A DNA stretch of 64,000 bases from Eledone cirrhosa. Lineage: Eukaryota. The position numbers and the translations under genes were made by a program. This document shows, one piece after another, positions 26,711 to 41,794 of the stretch (position 1 is the stretch's first letter; every line of letters begins with the position of its first letter). Under the pieces are notes generated by a model that did no database searches, was not told where the DNA came from, and saw only the letters and a list, made by a program, of their open reading frames with translations. The DNA is taken from assembly GCA_964016885.1 (NCBI GenBank), contig CAXHJY010000874.1, forward strand, positions 13,789 through 77,788, read 5' to 3'.

Positions 26711-29058
26711 TAATAATGGTTTCTATCAGAAATTAAACGAATCTAACAAAATATCACATAGTAATAAATCGACGTGCTATCGATTCTGACATCTCCCAAA
26801 GAAAATCTCTGTAAGTTTATCCCAGAAGGGAGACAAATATCTAACGAAGCGAGAACATTTAACATGTTTACTGGAAAGGACCTCCGTCGGTTTCGGCGAT
26901 GAGTGTACTACTAGTTCGATCAATTGGACAGCCTGCTTATGAAATTCACGTCTATGTGGCTGAGCATTCTACATATATATATACTCTTAATGTAATTTTC
27001 AAAGAGATTCAACGTGACACATTGTTTGACTGGGATAGCCCTTTGATTTGCAGATACAGTCCAACCATGGGCACACAGTTTCCATCTGCTCAATTTCACT
27101 CATGACGCCATGTAGTGGGATTGAACCCGGGACCTAATTATTGCAAAGCGAATTTCTTAACTAACTCATTTACCATATCCTCCGTTCGACCTACACCTTG
27201 CGAGTAAAACTAGCGAGATGGAAACTGTTTGGAAGTCCGTCAGATGTACTGTACCAGTAATTTAAAGAGCCAGTCTTGTCACAAACTGTCTCGCTGAATC
27301 TCCCTGACAACTATGTTAAGTGAATACATGCCTATGGGATGCTCAGCCACTTACATTTAATTTCAAGGAGAGGCTGTTCCTTTTATCGAACAACTGGAAC
27401 ACTCATCGCCGAAACCGACAGAGGTTCATTCTATTTATTTGGTTATATAAAAAGTGAAGAAATTCCTAAAACGGTTTACTTAGTATAAATCGATAATACG
27501 TAATTGTTATTGATTTGTTTCAGTATTGTTGTCAATTTTAACAGAGAAAAATCAATTACTAGAAAACGGTGCTGTGGGATACAGAATTTTATTTATGATG
27601 TAGTCATGATATATTGTATGGTATGAGGCGATATCAAATATCAAGTATAATATTGATTCGGTATTTAAATGAATTTAATCATATATGCTGTTGTACTTGT
27701 CTAGCAAGTGACTTGATCTGTAACTGTATGTTGAAACTAAAGCAATTATTACATCATGGTAGAGTCTTTTTAACCAGAGTTGTACATGTCTAGCAAATGA
27801 CTTGATCTGAGACTGTGTGTAGAAACTAAAGAAATTACAGTGTGGTAGAGTCATTTTATCATTCACAAAATCACAGAAAGCTGTTAACTTCACTGTACAT
27901 TTATCATCTATTTCTTGGATACAAGCAGTGAAACTATGTCAGTGACCAGGCTGCAGACAGTGTGACGAAAATGTCGACATCAAAATATATTGTAAAGTGA
28001 AAATAATAACTTTTTAAATAGCTAAAACAACTCTTCTGCTTTCTAATAATATATAGTTTAGCAACAAAAAGAAATTAGGGCAGCGAATCCGCAGAGTCGT
28101 TAGAGCGTCGGACAAAACACATTGTAGTATTTATTTCGACTCTTTGCGCTCTGTGTTTCAATTCTACCGAGGTCAACTTTGCCTTTTATCCTTCCGGGGT
28201 TAATAAAATGATATACTTAACAAGGGTTTTGGGTTGGTGGGATTGCTAGCTGTTGTTCCGTTAGATGTTCCGGCTCTTTGCATTCTAAATTCAAACCCTG
28301 TTGTAGTTTAATCTGTCACCCGGTTTATCATCACTACATAGCTCTTGGATACTTTTAGCAGAGTTCATTCTATTGTAAGCATTTTGGCTAGGATATTTTC
28401 TTCCCACCACATTCGAAAGCCCTGCAAAGGACCATGGGCACTTCCCTAACCGCGAGGAAAATGATAGAAAATATGAGGCTGGTTGATAACCAGGTACGAT
28501 GGAGGGAGGATGCTGTGTCTCTCGTTGTGCACCCACAAACTTTCTAGTCTATGGGTTACGATTAATTGATTGTTTCAATTTTACTGCGCGGTATTTTGAG
28601 CAAATAATAATAGCATTAATAGATTATTTTGGTGTAGTGATGCCTGATATAACACTGGTTACTTCATAACTAGGCACAAATACCTTATATAATATTGCTT
28701 GCTTTATAATGAGACACAAATGCCCTGATATGACACTAGTTATTTCATAATGAGGCACAAATACCCGATATTTTCTCAAAGATGAAAAGAGGAAGTAAGT
28801 TATTTATACCAAAATCATTAGCAGCTTAATTGAATTGGAAAAAAAAAAGAAGAAAAGAAATGAGCCGGTTGTCTAATCGGACCAAGAAAACTATTTCCAT
28901 TGGTCTTTCCATTGTTGATATAACGTGACTGTCGCGACACATAATAGAGACAGATGGGATTTCAACTCAGAACACACACAGCTGAATCAGATACCAAAAT
29001 CATCTCGTCGACAAATCATCACCGTATAATCATTACATCAATTCAGCACCCCTGAACT

Positions 29059-29680
29059 TAGGTTATTCAGAAATTAATACAGGTTTTACGTTTTTATTTG
29101 TTTCAACATTCCTTAAGAATAAAAGTTGGTAACATTTTAAAGCTTATTTTATGCTCTGTCTGTCTATGTAATTCGTTTTTCATATAAATTGCATTCTTGT
29201 TTGTTTTTAGATTTTCAATTTAAGATGTCAAAGAAGGATTTTCGCTAAATTTATTTCTATGAGTTTAAACTCGGCCGCAGTGCAGCACACAGATAAAAAC
29301 ATAAAGGAAGTTTGGTGCAAGGAAGTATTAATGAATGCATAGTGCAACATTGGTTTCAAAAATTCCGTCGTGGTGAATTCACTCATGAAGATAAGAAAGG
29401 TCAAGGACGTTTTCTGCCATTGACGACGATCAATTGAAGGCTTTAGTAGAAGCACATCCTCATACAGCTGTTCAGGAGCTTGCTGAACATTTAAATTGAA
29501 TTGGAAAGTCGATGAAACTTTAAAATTGGATGCCACACGAATTGAAGGAAAACCAGAAAAATCACCGTTTGCACAACAAAAACGACCCATTACTCGATTA
29601 CATTTTGACATGCGATGAAAAGTCGATTCTATACAACAACAGATGATGTTAACCAACACTCCAAAAGTTGAATGAATTTG
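29059..29680 (+). mobile_element. Mariner (Tc1/mariner) transposon remnant, 5' half of the transposase
   Basis: From the ATG at 29225, across frameshifts: MSKKDFR*IYFYEFKLGRSAA..VQHWFQKFRRGEF..DDDQLKALVEA..WMPHEL..ILTCDEKSILYNN. These are the mariner HTH, WVPHEL and TCDEKW motifs. Confidence 0.88.
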
Positions 29681-30465
29681 GCGGCAAAACTTGGCACCGA
29701 AACTACCATTTTGCAGAGTAGACTAGGTATATTTCATCGTGGTGCCAACACTACCATGATATTTATATACTGGAAACCAGTAGAACAAGCCTCTTTGAAC
29801 GTAATGAGGCTGACAAAGGAAAATGTGGTCAGTGGGGAGCAGGTCAACAGCAGGTCTTCATTGTTAGTGTTCTATTAGGTTATACAGCCGTCTAAGAAGA
29901 TAGATAAATTAATTGGAGAGAAATTCTCGGTACAAGATGCCAATAACTATGATGGGACTAGTATGAAATGAAATGGACCTCCGTCGGTTTCGACAACGGA
30001 ACAGCCTGCTCATGAGATTAACGGGAAAGTGGCTGAGTATTCCACATACTCATGTATCCTTGACAAAATACTCAAGGGGATCTGTGTGACACAGTTCGGG
30101 ACAATACCCATCCTTTGAATTACAAGTACAATTTATTCAAGGGGCTTCCAAACAGTTTCCGTCAACCCGAGGCTATAGTTAGTGACACTTGCCCAAAATG
30201 CCATCTAGTGAGATCGAACTCACGATCTAATGATTGTTGTGTGAATTCCTCATCTATTCGACCATGTTGCGCCATTGATGAAACTAGTAAGAGGAGGAGG
30301 ACGTCTATAAATTATCTAGGGCACAGCAGCAGCAGCAGCAGTAGTAGTAGTAATGGTGGTAGTAGTAGTAGTAGTAGTCGATGTCGTGGTGGTGTATTGT
30401 TTTCGTTGCTTCAGCAGTTGCAATAGTCATTACAATTGTTAATTCAAATAGCGTATGAAACGAAA

Positions 30466-30525
30466 AACTACCACTACTACTACTAATAACAATACTACTA
30501 CTACTAATTATAATAATAATAACAA

Positions 30526-30569
<44 letters not shown>

Positions 30570-30611
30570 TTACTACTACAACTATTATTACTACTACTAC
30601 TACTATTACTA

Positions 30612-30643
<32 letters not shown>

Positions 30644-30690
30644 CCCACCACCACCTCTACAACTACTACTGCTACTACTACTACTAACAC
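30466..30690. repeat. (ACT)n microsatellite
   Basis: Seen directly. Confidence 0.93.
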
Positions 30691-31254
30691 AACCAGCGTC
30701 GCCACCAACGCCACTACACTACCGCTAATACATCTAACACTCAGTCTCCCATCACCACCACTTCACTACTATTACCAATACCACTACTACCACTATTACT
30801 ACAAGGACCCACACATTCACCCCTACCATACCGCCCCCCACACACTCATCCCTTCCAGCCCCCCCCCCCCCCCTCCACACACACACACGCACTCCTACCA
30901 AACCCCCGCACAAACGCACCCCTACCAATCCACCCTTTACAGAAATTATTCATAGGAAAATAAAATACGAACATAACAAAACCCCAAAAGACCTAAGCCC
31001 AGCATCAACAATATCAGATTAACAGTATTAGGACCTGCTGGGAAAGAAAGCATGACGTAATATAAGTAATTGGTTAATCTCACTTGATATTGAAGGGTGG
31101 GGATGGTGACCCATAAAATACAACCATGGTATTTGGTCTAGTTCTTTACATTCTAAGTTCAAATCCCGCCCAGGTCAACAGTTGTCTTTCATCTTTCCGG
31201 GTCGTTAAAATAGCGTACCAGTCAAGTATCGGGGTTGATTTAATGAACTTTGCC

Positions 31255-31645
31255 CTTCTTCTTCTTCTTCTTCTTCTTCTTCTTCTTCTTCTTCTTCTTC
31301 ACCAACTTTTTCCTGACAAGGCCGTGGGTTCACAGTCCTCAAACACTCCTTCCAGCAGGTCCTGTCAGAAGCATCCGTTTCCAACTGATTCGGCTGAATC
31401 GCCAAGCGAGACCAGCCAAGCTCATGCATAATATCCAACCACCTTGCTCAGGGCCTCCTGTCGGTTGGTTTTTCCCGTAAAATTTGTTCAGGGATTCTTT
31501 CCTGAGATATTCTAACCACATGCCCATAGTATCGGAGCTGTGATCTCTCAATTCGGAGAAGTAGCGGCTACGCACTCTATCGATTAACGTTACTCCAAAG
31601 ACAATTTGGAGGAACCCTATTTCGGCCGTTTGTATTCGCGATGAA
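31255..31645 (-). mobile_element. RTE-like LINE 3' end with a (GAA)n tail
   Basis: Minus translation ..RPXARWLDIMHELGWSRL..DRTCWKECLRTVNPRP resembles the RTE ORF C-terminus, followed by (GAA)n. Confidence 0.7.
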
Positions 31646-34257
31646 CTTTACCCGTCCCACAAAATTTTACTCACCTTCTGCCTATATTAAAATTCAATAT
31701 GTGGTGGTGCAGCCTATAGGGAGCTTTAGATCTGTTTAACTATTTTAGTACCAACCCGTTTGGTACCATCCCTTGTTATATATGGTACAAACTACCTGCT
31801 TTAAAGTGTTCATTTTAAAATAAATACCTTCCATCGTGGTTTTATATAAGAACCTTTTGTTAAGTCATGTTCCAAACAGCAGCTTAATAGCTTAATAATA
31901 ATTTCTAATTTAGGCACACTCCCGGTACTTTGGGGGTGAAACGTCGATTACATTGGCAGTAGTATTTCACTGGTATTTACTTTATAGAACCCGTAAGGAC
32001 AAAAGTAAAGTTGACCTGAACGTAAAGAGACAAAATGAATAACTGAAAGTCTCCACCCAACACCGTTACACCAGCTTAATAAGGATTTCTACTACAGGCA
32101 CTGGCCAGCAATTTTGGGGCAGGGGAAAGTCTATTAAATCAACTCCAGTGCATTATTTTATCGACATCGTAATGATGAAAGGCAAAGCTAACGTCGGCGT
32201 GATTTGAACTCAGAACGTAAACTGCCATAACTCTATGCTGCAAAGCATGTTGCCTGACGCTCTACCGATAATGCCAATCCACCGCTCTACCACAGCTTGA
32301 TAATGAGACATTTAGTTATGTAACAAATCCCTCAAAATTCGTGATTATTCCAGAATTATTTGAAAGTGTTTATATTTATCTAAATGTTTCCAACATAATT
32401 TTATGAAAGAACCTTTTCTTCAACAGTTCTAAACATCAGCTTAATAAAAAAAACATAAGCTAAATTCTTCCAATTCTTCATTATTTATAACATAAATTGA
32501 AACATAAGGTTAATATATGTATGTGGAATGGGCTTCCACCGGGTTCGACGATGTGTGATCCAGTACTATCAATTCCTCTGAACGAATATACCCCTCTAAT
32601 CTTCTCTCTCACTCTCTCTCTCTGACTATTTTATTGATGGTAGAGAGAATGGAGATCCGGAACGAATCTTAGAACTTCACTTCATTTATGACTCTACAAA
32701 CCAATGCCAGAGCCTCTATGGGCTTGTTCCAACTGCTAGAAATAGTAGCAAAATCCTCCTCAAACCCCTTCTCTTTCTGTGATATGGAAAAACACAATGT
32801 ATAATGTAATCCAATGTATATTTCTGGAAAACAAAGATTGAATGGTTACAGTTGGAATGCCTTTTGATCATAGTTTAGCTTGATGAGGATTGAACAAGAA
32901 TTAGACAACAACAATAACAACGTATACTGTTAAAACCCACAGGGAAAGGCATGAACAACACAACATCTCATTCTTTACTTATAGATTTTGCTGTTTTGAG
33001 CTTGGTCTAAATAGAAATCGATATTATTCTCGGTCAATATTGAAGTGAACTGGAGTTAAACATTGATGTTAAACCCCATAGGAAAAGGCGTCTTGTTCAA
33101 CAGCCATTTTCAATCTTAGTGTTTTGTAGAAATCAATTATACTACTCTTTGAGGGAAAAAAAAGTAGGAAGAAATCCATTAACCTTTGTTTATAACAATA
33201 ATACAATATACGTCAATTATCATGAGAATAAGCAAAGTTCGTCATTGTTTGGCTACAATAGCTGCAGTGACTGAAGCTTAGTTGCCTTTCTGTATTACAT
33301 GTAGTTAAAATTACAGCAAAAATCTGACGGATAATGGTTTGCTAATTTTATCAGTTATCTTTCAGCTGAATTAGTGTTTCCGCAATCGTTTACTATGCCT
33401 TCTTATAACATGCCATCACCATGGAAAAAGAAACATCGATTGAGTTAAAATCATTGATTACATAGTGAAGTAAGGCCTGACACACTTAATATGGCGAGCA
33501 TGATAACTTTATAGAACTATGTTCGTGTCATCTATCGCACCATTATCATAATACAACCGTTAACAGCCGCTGCCATGTCTACCATAACGCTAAATCTATA
33601 TTCCATGCGTCTCCTCCAAGCTACATCTTAAATCTCGCCTGAGTTATTGTCAACACTGATATACCAAAGACTCTCTCAATAAATATATTATGGATAGCAA
33701 TCACAACAATGGTGGGGATGTTTATTTGCCAAGATCAACCCTGATCCAAACGACCTGCGATGTTTCAGGCGCAGCCGTTCCATTTTCTTTTATACATAGT
33801 GTATATATCGTTTGCTTTGTTAGATAAGGTTTTCGATTTTTTCGGGGATTGTGGACTTAAAATATTGGTTTCTAATTTAGGTAGAAACCCAGCAAATTTG
33901 GAGGAAGAGAAAAGTTGATTAAATCAACCCCAGTACTTGACTGGTACTTTATTTTATCGACCCCGGAAGGATGAATGGCAAAGTTGACCTGTGCGGGAAT
34001 TGAACCCAAAATGTAAAGATCTAGAACAAATAGAGCAATGCCATTTTATCAGACATTCTACAAATTCTGCCAATTTATCGCCCTTGAGTAGGCTTAACAT
34101 ATTGCTTGATTTACAAGTCCCAACAACAATGTCTCTGTTACGACATGAAAATCTACCTCCAAACATTCAGACATTTACTACACGCCACAGCATTTCGACA
34201 ACAACACCCTAAAAACACTATCCCTCCCACTTAGCACACTCAAACTTAAAGAACACA

Positions 34258-34635
34258 TACTCTTGGGTCCCAAATAATGGGGGGGGGGGGGGGTGATAAG
34301 CGGAGGGGTTGGAAAATCGGTAATTTTTCTAGGTTGTCTCCGATGATTTAAAAAAAAAAACAGAATTAGTTTAGTTTACATATTGAGACCTCCAACCCAT
34401 CCTATTTATTTTATAACGTATGGGATTTCTAGTACTTTTGTGTTATGTACTTTTGTGTTATGTATAATGATTTTTTAATGTATAAAGAAAATTAATTGTC
34501 GCAGGAATGCTACCACTTAATATTAAATTTCGCCGGAGATGGATTAGTAAAATTTTATAAGCAATGTGGGGTGGTGGAAAAAATCTGAAAAATGAATAAG
34601 CGAGGCGAAGGGGGATTATTCGAAACCTGAGAGTA
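34258..34635. mobile_element. MITE, about 378 bp, imperfect 21-bp TIRs with TA termini
   Basis: Left end TACTCTTGGGTCCCAAATAAT. Right end ATTATTCGAAACCTGAGAGTA (reverse complement TACTCTCAGGTTTCGAATAAT). Second copy at about 10 kb. Confidence 0.8.
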
Positions 34636-35749
34636 CACAGAAATAGTTGCAGCATCAAGAGTTTCAACTGATCGGTTTCACTTTGCCTACTTCCCTTCTA
34701 GTCACCAACTGAATGTACAAGTGTGTAGAAAGAAACTGGACATTAGTGAGAGTGTAATGCCTTCAGACTGTCATACTACACCCTATATGATTTCTCGCTG
34801 CCTGTCTGAGCGCAGAGTATGGTCCTCAGTTATACACATCTGCAACAATAAATATATGGGGTTCGGCTATTTATCTGCTCGAAAAACGCTAACATAGGGC
34901 TACACAACAATATTACTCTGTCCTTGACAACCTCTCATGAAATATATACTCTGATGCAAGGGTACAAACCAGAACATTGCTTCACTCCCCCACCCCATAT
35001 TTACCGACTAGGTTCAACATTGACATGCAAATATCCAAGCTGGACATTATTTGTTGTATCAATATCACTAGCTTGGGATAAACCCGAAGGCTATAGGCGT
35101 GGACACTCTAGCTCGTCCTCTCACTAAATTATTGTTGTTGCTTTTGGCACAATGCCAGCACTTTGAAGGGGAAAGTCGATTAAATCGACCTCAGTGCCTT
35201 ACTTAGCCATTATTTTACCGACCCCGTAAGGATGAAAGGCAAAGTTAACATCAAAGGGATTTGAACTCAGAACGCAACGGACCGTAACTACATTCCATAT
35301 GGCATGTTATTCGACGCTCTACTGATACTGCCAACCCTCCTCCCTCTTTCACTAAATTATTAAACATTATCCAACGTATTTTTGTTGTTGTTGTCATGGA
35401 GTTTTACAGTGTGGGGTTGAAACAAAGGCGTGATATAGTTTGTGTGAATATATGCGAGTGTGTTTGTATATGTAAATATGTAACTATGAAAGTGTGACTA
35501 TGAATATGTATGAGTATGTGTATATGTAACTATGTAAGTATGTCTGTATGACTGTACATATGTGCGACCAACTACTGGAAGAGGAGATACTCCTCGTCCT
35601 CGACAGACATGTGTAACTTTGGTAAGGCCAAAAAAGGTATTTCTAAACTACCCTCTCAACCTTCATATTAAGGTCCCACTTTACTTGTGTACTTCTGCTT
35701 CCTTGAGTATGGAAAGACTTCTAAAGTCTGCACCACCACCTCTACCATC

Positions 35750-36996
35750 AAAGCCACTCCTAACACCGAAGCCGCTCCTAACATCTGAGCCACTCCTAAC
35801 ATCTGAGCCACTCCTAACATCTGAGCCACTCCTAACATCTGAGCCACCCCTAGCACCGAAGCACCCCTAACACCGAAGCCACCCCTAACACAGAAGCCAC
35901 CCCTAACACCGAAGCCACCCCTAACACAGAAGCCACCCCTAACACCGAAGCCATCCCTAACACAGAAGCCACCCCTAACACAGAAGCCACCCCTAACACC
36001 GAAGCCACCCCTAACATCTGAAGCACCCCTAACACCGAAGCCACCCCTAACACCGAAGCCACCCCTAACATCTGAAGCACCCCTAACACCGAAGCCACCC
36101 CTAACACAGAAGCCACCCCTAACACAGAAGCCACCCCTAACACAGAAGCCACCCCTAACATCTGAAGCACCCCTAACACCGAAGCCACCCCTAACACCGA
36201 AGCCACCCCTAACACCGAAGCCACCCCTAACACCGAAGCCACCCCTAACATCTGAAGCACCCCTAACACCGAAGCCACCCCTAACACAGAAGCCACCCCT
36301 CACACCGAAGCCACCCCTAACACCGAAGCCACCCCTAACACAGAAGCCACCCCTCACACAGAAGCCACCCCTAACACCGAAGCCACCCCTAACACAGAAG
36401 CCACCCCTAACATCTGAAGCACCCCTAACACCGAAGCCACCCCTAACACAGAAGCCACCCCTCACACCGAAGCCACCCCTAACACCGAAGCCACCCCTAA
36501 CACAGAAGCCACCCCTCACACAGAAGCCACCCCTAACACCGAAGCCACCCCTAACACAGAAGCCACCCCTCACACCGAAGCCACCCCTCACACAGAAGCC
36601 ACCCCTAACACAGAAGCCACCCCTCACACAGAAGCCACCCCTAACACCGAAGCCACCCCTAACACAGAAACCACCCCTCACACAGAAGCCACCCCTAACA
36701 CAGAAGCCACCCTCACACAGAAGCCACCCCTAACACCGAAGCCACCCCTAACACCGAAGCCACCCCTCACACAGAAGCCACCCCTAACACCGAAGCCACC
36801 CCTAACACAGAAGCCACCCCTAACATCTGAAGCACCCCTAACACCGAAGCCACCCCTAACACAGAAGCCACCCCTCACACCGAAGCCACCCCTCACACAG
36901 AAGCCACCCCTAACACCGAAGCCACCCCTCACACAGAAGCCACCCCTAACACCGAAGCCACCCCTAACACAGAAACCACCCCTAACATCTGAGCCA
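35750..36996. repeat. 18-bp minisatellite, about 69 copies (GAAGCCACCCCTAACACC and variants)
   Basis: Seen directly. Variants are CCGAAGCC-, CAGAAGCC- and TCTGAAGC-ACCCCTAACA. Confidence 0.97.
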
Positions 36997-37194
36997 TTAT
37001 TAAATACGACATCTTGACGTTTATCGATCTTGATCTTCACCGTTTATCGATCTTGATCTTCATTGTTATTTATAGATAAAGAAACTATTATTATTAAATA
37101 AATGAACCATCATTGTTATTTATAAAGGCCGTAAGATAACATGCGAACTACTATCGCATTTAGTTAGGTATTTAAAAAGGCATTCAGCAGCATC

Positions 37195-37247
<53 letters not shown>

Positions 37248-38289
37248 CCGCTGCAGCAGTAGCAGTAGCAGCAGCAGCAGCAGTAGTAGTATTAGTAGTA
37301 GTAGTAGTAGTAGTAGTAAGTACTTTCACTAGACAACCCGAGCTGGAGTTTGTAACCTTTGGGTATGTGCAGTATTCCGTTTTCTGTTTGTGTTATATTG
37401 AATGTAGTCCATGTTATATTGCTGTATTAAGAGTAGTAAGGTCATGTATTCCACTCCCAGCGACACTTTGTATCCTTGCGCCAGACATTATACTTTACGT
37501 TGAGAAAAAAATGAATCGTATCTTTAACTCAAAAGTTCAGCCTTGTTACACAATGTCTTCTCCCTGCGAATTACATTAAGAGTACACGTGTCTATGGAAT
37601 GCTCAGCCACATACATGTTAATTTCATAATGCTTTTGCAGTCTTGTCCGCGGGGCACATCCCCCATTACCGCCGCCCCCTAGGCCCAGAGCCCAGTCATC
37701 CTCATCCTCCCCATCCCCATTCTTCTGTGACATTAGAGCCCTTGCCTTTCCCTTTCTTTCCCATTTAAAAAAATATTTTATTTTATATTCCATCCTTTCT
37801 TCTCAGTCTAAATTTTGTTTTCTTTTTCTATTAAATTGTATTTACATGATATATTTTTACATAGAATAACATATGTTTATTTCATAAGCATCATTTTCAG
37901 TTCATCGAACAACTGGAACACTCATCGTCGAAACCGACAGAGGTCCATTCCATATATGTGTGTTGAGTGAACATAAATTTACTGTGTTAGCCACAGATTT
38001 GTGGACAGTCATAGTAAAATATATTAAACCGAAGACCTACTTGAGATCGTATTTCACCAGGCCTTGATTTTCTGGTTTCTTGTCAACAATCTTTCACCAA
38101 GAAAATAATTAAAAACTACTACTGCTACTACTACTACTACTACTACTACTACTGGTGATGATGATGATGCTACTGTTACTGCTGCTACTACTACTGCTAC
38201 TGCGGCTGTTGCTGCTGCTGCTACTGCAGCAACAACAACGACTGCTGATATTTAAAGTATACATGTTAAAGAGCTGGAACTGGGTGAAT

Positions 38290-39665
38290 GGTGGCAGACA
38301 GAGGTATTAGAACTGCAGTATTTTATTGCGAAGATTTGCGTTTTAATTTCAAATCTCACGGAGGTCAAATTTCACTTTCGTCATTTCCGGGGTCGATAGA
38401 GTAAAGTACCAGTCATATAGTCAACCTCCCATCCTTTCAGATTTTTGGTGACCTCCCAACCCTTCAGATGTTGGTCTAACATGTCATAACATAACATGGT
38501 GGATAATAGATAAAATAATTGTTTCTACTTTAGGCACAAGGCCAGCAATTTGAAGGGAAGGGAAAGTCGATTAAATCGACGCCAGTGCATTACTGGTGCT
38601 TTATTTTATAGACCTCGTAAGGATGAAAGGCAAATCTAACCTCGGCAGGATCTGAAATCAGAACGTAAAAGGCCGTAATTCTATGACACGAAGCATTTGG
38701 TCCGACGCTCTGCCAATCCGCCGCCCTTGTGGTATATAATAATTGTTTCTACTTTTGGCTCAAGGCCAGCAATTACCCCAGTGCATTACTGGTACTTTAT
38801 TTTGTCGACCCTGTAAGGATGAAAGGCAAAGTTATCCTCGGCGGGATTTGAATTCAGAACGTAAAGGGCCACAACTGTATGCTGTAAAGCATAGTGTCTG
38901 GTGCTCTAACGATATTGCCAATCCACTACGCTAGACAAAATGTTTTGCGGTATTTCCATGTATACCTTTGTGTTCTGAGTTCAAATCCAGTCCAGTTCGA
39001 CTCGGCTTTTTATCATTCCAGGAGCAATAAAATAAAGTACCAGTCAAATACTAGGGTTCAACATAAATATTTGTTCCCTATCCCAATTTTCTGGTCTTAT
39101 GTAAGAAAACAGGATGGTTGAAGATAAAATTAGGATTAGTATTGTGGTGGTATTTAACTACGTACTCGTACATTCTGGGTTCAAACCTCATTGATGTCGA
39201 AATTGACTTTTATCATTCTGTGATCGATAAAATAAAGTACCACTCAAAAACTGGAGTCGATATGTTCGATTACTTCGCACTCCAAATTTCTGGCCTCGTC
39301 CCTGTGTGAGAAACCGAGATGGTGAAGTACAGTAGAATAAGTTTTCCCATATTTCGTTGAATACATTTGTCTTGAGTTTAAATCTCACAGAGGACGACTT
39401 TACCTTTTATTATTTTGAGATCAAAGGGCGGTGGATTGGCAGTATCGGTAGAGCGTCGGACAAAATGCTTTGCGACATAGTGTTACTGCGCTTTACGTTC
39501 TGAGTTCAAATCCCGCCGAGGTTAGCTTTGCCTTTCATCCTTACGGGGTCGATAAAATAAAGCACCAATAATATGAAAGATAAAATTGACTTCAGAACGA
39601 AAGAATTAAAACAAATGATGCAAAGCATGTTGTCCGACCCTTTACCGATACTGCCGATCTACCAC
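38290..39665. mobile_element. Dense cluster of at least six Deu/Nin-type SINE copies in both orientations
   Basis: Copies at about 38290, 38515, 38738, 38935, 39150 and 39425 share the GAGTTCAAAT and TTTCATCC..GATAAAATAAAGTACCA motifs. Confidence 0.82.
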
Positions 39666-39896
39666 ATTTGTCACTTTTATCCGAGCATAATTATGAGCAA
39701 CTGTTAACAAAATTCTCAGGGAGATTCAGTGTAGGACAAGATTAGCGTTTGGAATTACAGGAAATACAGGCTTCCAAATAGTTTCCGTCTCCCAAATTTC
39801 ACTTAAAATGCATAGGTTGACTTGAGGTTATGGTAAATGACACCTGACAAAGATGACACGCTGTGGGAGCGAACACGAGGCATAATGATTGTAAAG

Positions 39897-40250
39897 CTCT
39901 TCTTCTTCTTTGCTCACTTTTTCCTAACAGGGCCGTGGGGGGAAGAGTCCTCAAACACTCCTTCTAGCAGGTTCTGTCAGAAGCAACCGTCACCAACAGA
40001 TCCGGTTGGATCCCCAGGCGAGACCAACCAAGCTCATGGATCCTATCCAACAATCATGCTCGGGTCTCATGCCGGTTTGTTATGCCCGTAAAATCTATCT
40101 AGCGATTCTTTCTAATCACATGTCCGTAGTATCAGAGTTGTGATCTCTAAATTTGGAGAAGTAGCTACTCCCTGATCTCCAAGCTACACATTCTATCAAG
40201 TAACGTTACTCCAAAGACCCTTGCGAGGAATCCCCTTTTCTCGTCATTTG
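39897..40250 (-). mobile_element. RTE-like LINE 3' fragment
   Basis: Collinear with 31300-31640, with a short (GAA)n tail. Confidence 0.7.
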
Positions 40251-40605
40251 TCAATGCCACGTTGTGTATTTATATATCGGTGACATCTGCTATTATGGTG
40301 AATTAATATAGTTGTCCCTCAGAAAATAATAGTTTCTAGGTGTATAAATCCCCTACTTTATATTTAAATTATGGATCAATTCTGTATTTACCTGATACTT
40401 GAATTTATATAAGAAACCGTTTAGTCTTGTAATGAATTCTGCGGTTTGAACGTGTCTGTATGTATGTGGGCATTGTGAAAGAGAGTAAGTGAGTGTGTAG
40501 GTGTCTGTGTTTGAAGGAGTGTGTGTGTGTGTGCGTGTGAAAGTGTATGTGTGTGTATATATGAATGTGTGTCTGTGTATGAAAGACAGAGAGAGAGGGA
40601 GAGAG

Positions 40606-40803
<198 letters not shown>

Positions 40804-41048
40804 TATTCTAACCACAAATGATGATATTTCATTTATTATATAGTGTAGTGAACTAAGAAACTGTAATATAAATAGGATATACTGTATGTAATGTTAATTT
40901 GATATGTATTTATGTAATATAAGTATTAATAACTTTCATATGTATTTGTGTATCAACTTCTGGTTTGGAGTATATTCTATCTACAGAATACAAAAGGAAA
41001 TGGAACATAAAATGGACCTCCATTGGTTTCGACGATGTTCCAGTTGTC

Positions 41049-41620
41049 TCTTCTTCTTCTTCTTCTTCACCCATTTATTCATGAGAGGGGGGGGGGGCAG
41101 AGTCTTCAAACACTCCCTCCAGCGAGACGAGCCAAGTTCATGGATATTATCCAGCCATCTTGCTCGGAGTTTATCCCCGGATCTTTCTGGCTGGTTTTCC
41201 CCGTAAAAATATGTCCAACGATTTTTTTCCTGTAACTTCTAACCACATGCCCATAGTATCGGAGTTATTATTACTCAATTCGGAGAAGTAGTGGCTCTAC
41301 CTGGAATACCTCTCTGATCTCCGTGCTACGCGTTCTATCGAGTAAGACTCTTCGGGGGGACCCAATTTCGGCCGCTTGTATTCGCGATTGCATTCTTTCG
41401 GTCATTACCTAAGACCATGACTATATGAAGGCACGAATACCGAATTGAAGATAGCGAGTTTGGCTTTTTCGCCTGCCTCTCTTCTTCTGAAAACCGACTG
41501 CTGAAGCTGGCGCATTACTGCATCAGCTTCTGTAATTCTTGTACTTAATTCAGTCTCCTACCTTCCATCACTCGAGATACTTGAACTTCTCTATGTGCTT
41601 CAGTGGAACTCTATTCAAAA
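41049..41620 (-). mobile_element. RTE-like LINE 3' fragment
   Basis: Same family as 31255. It extends further 5', with a minus-strand FKYLE* segment resembling the RT-adjacent FKYLG motif. Confidence 0.65.
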
Positions 41621-41653
41621 ACCTTGCAAAACAAATATATATATATATATGTG

Positions 41654-41702
<49 letters not shown>

Positions 41703-41794
41703 GGCAAACAGAAATAACAACACATTCGGTACAGTATATGGAAGGGATATATTAGGTTAACGCTTATATATATAGAGAGATATATAGATATATA

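Noticed and set aside
35668-37040. RGG-rich ORFs (VRGGF repeats) resembling RNA-binding or cuticle proteins
   Set aside because: They are translations of an 18-bp minisatellite, broken by a frameshift, with no flanking coding context.
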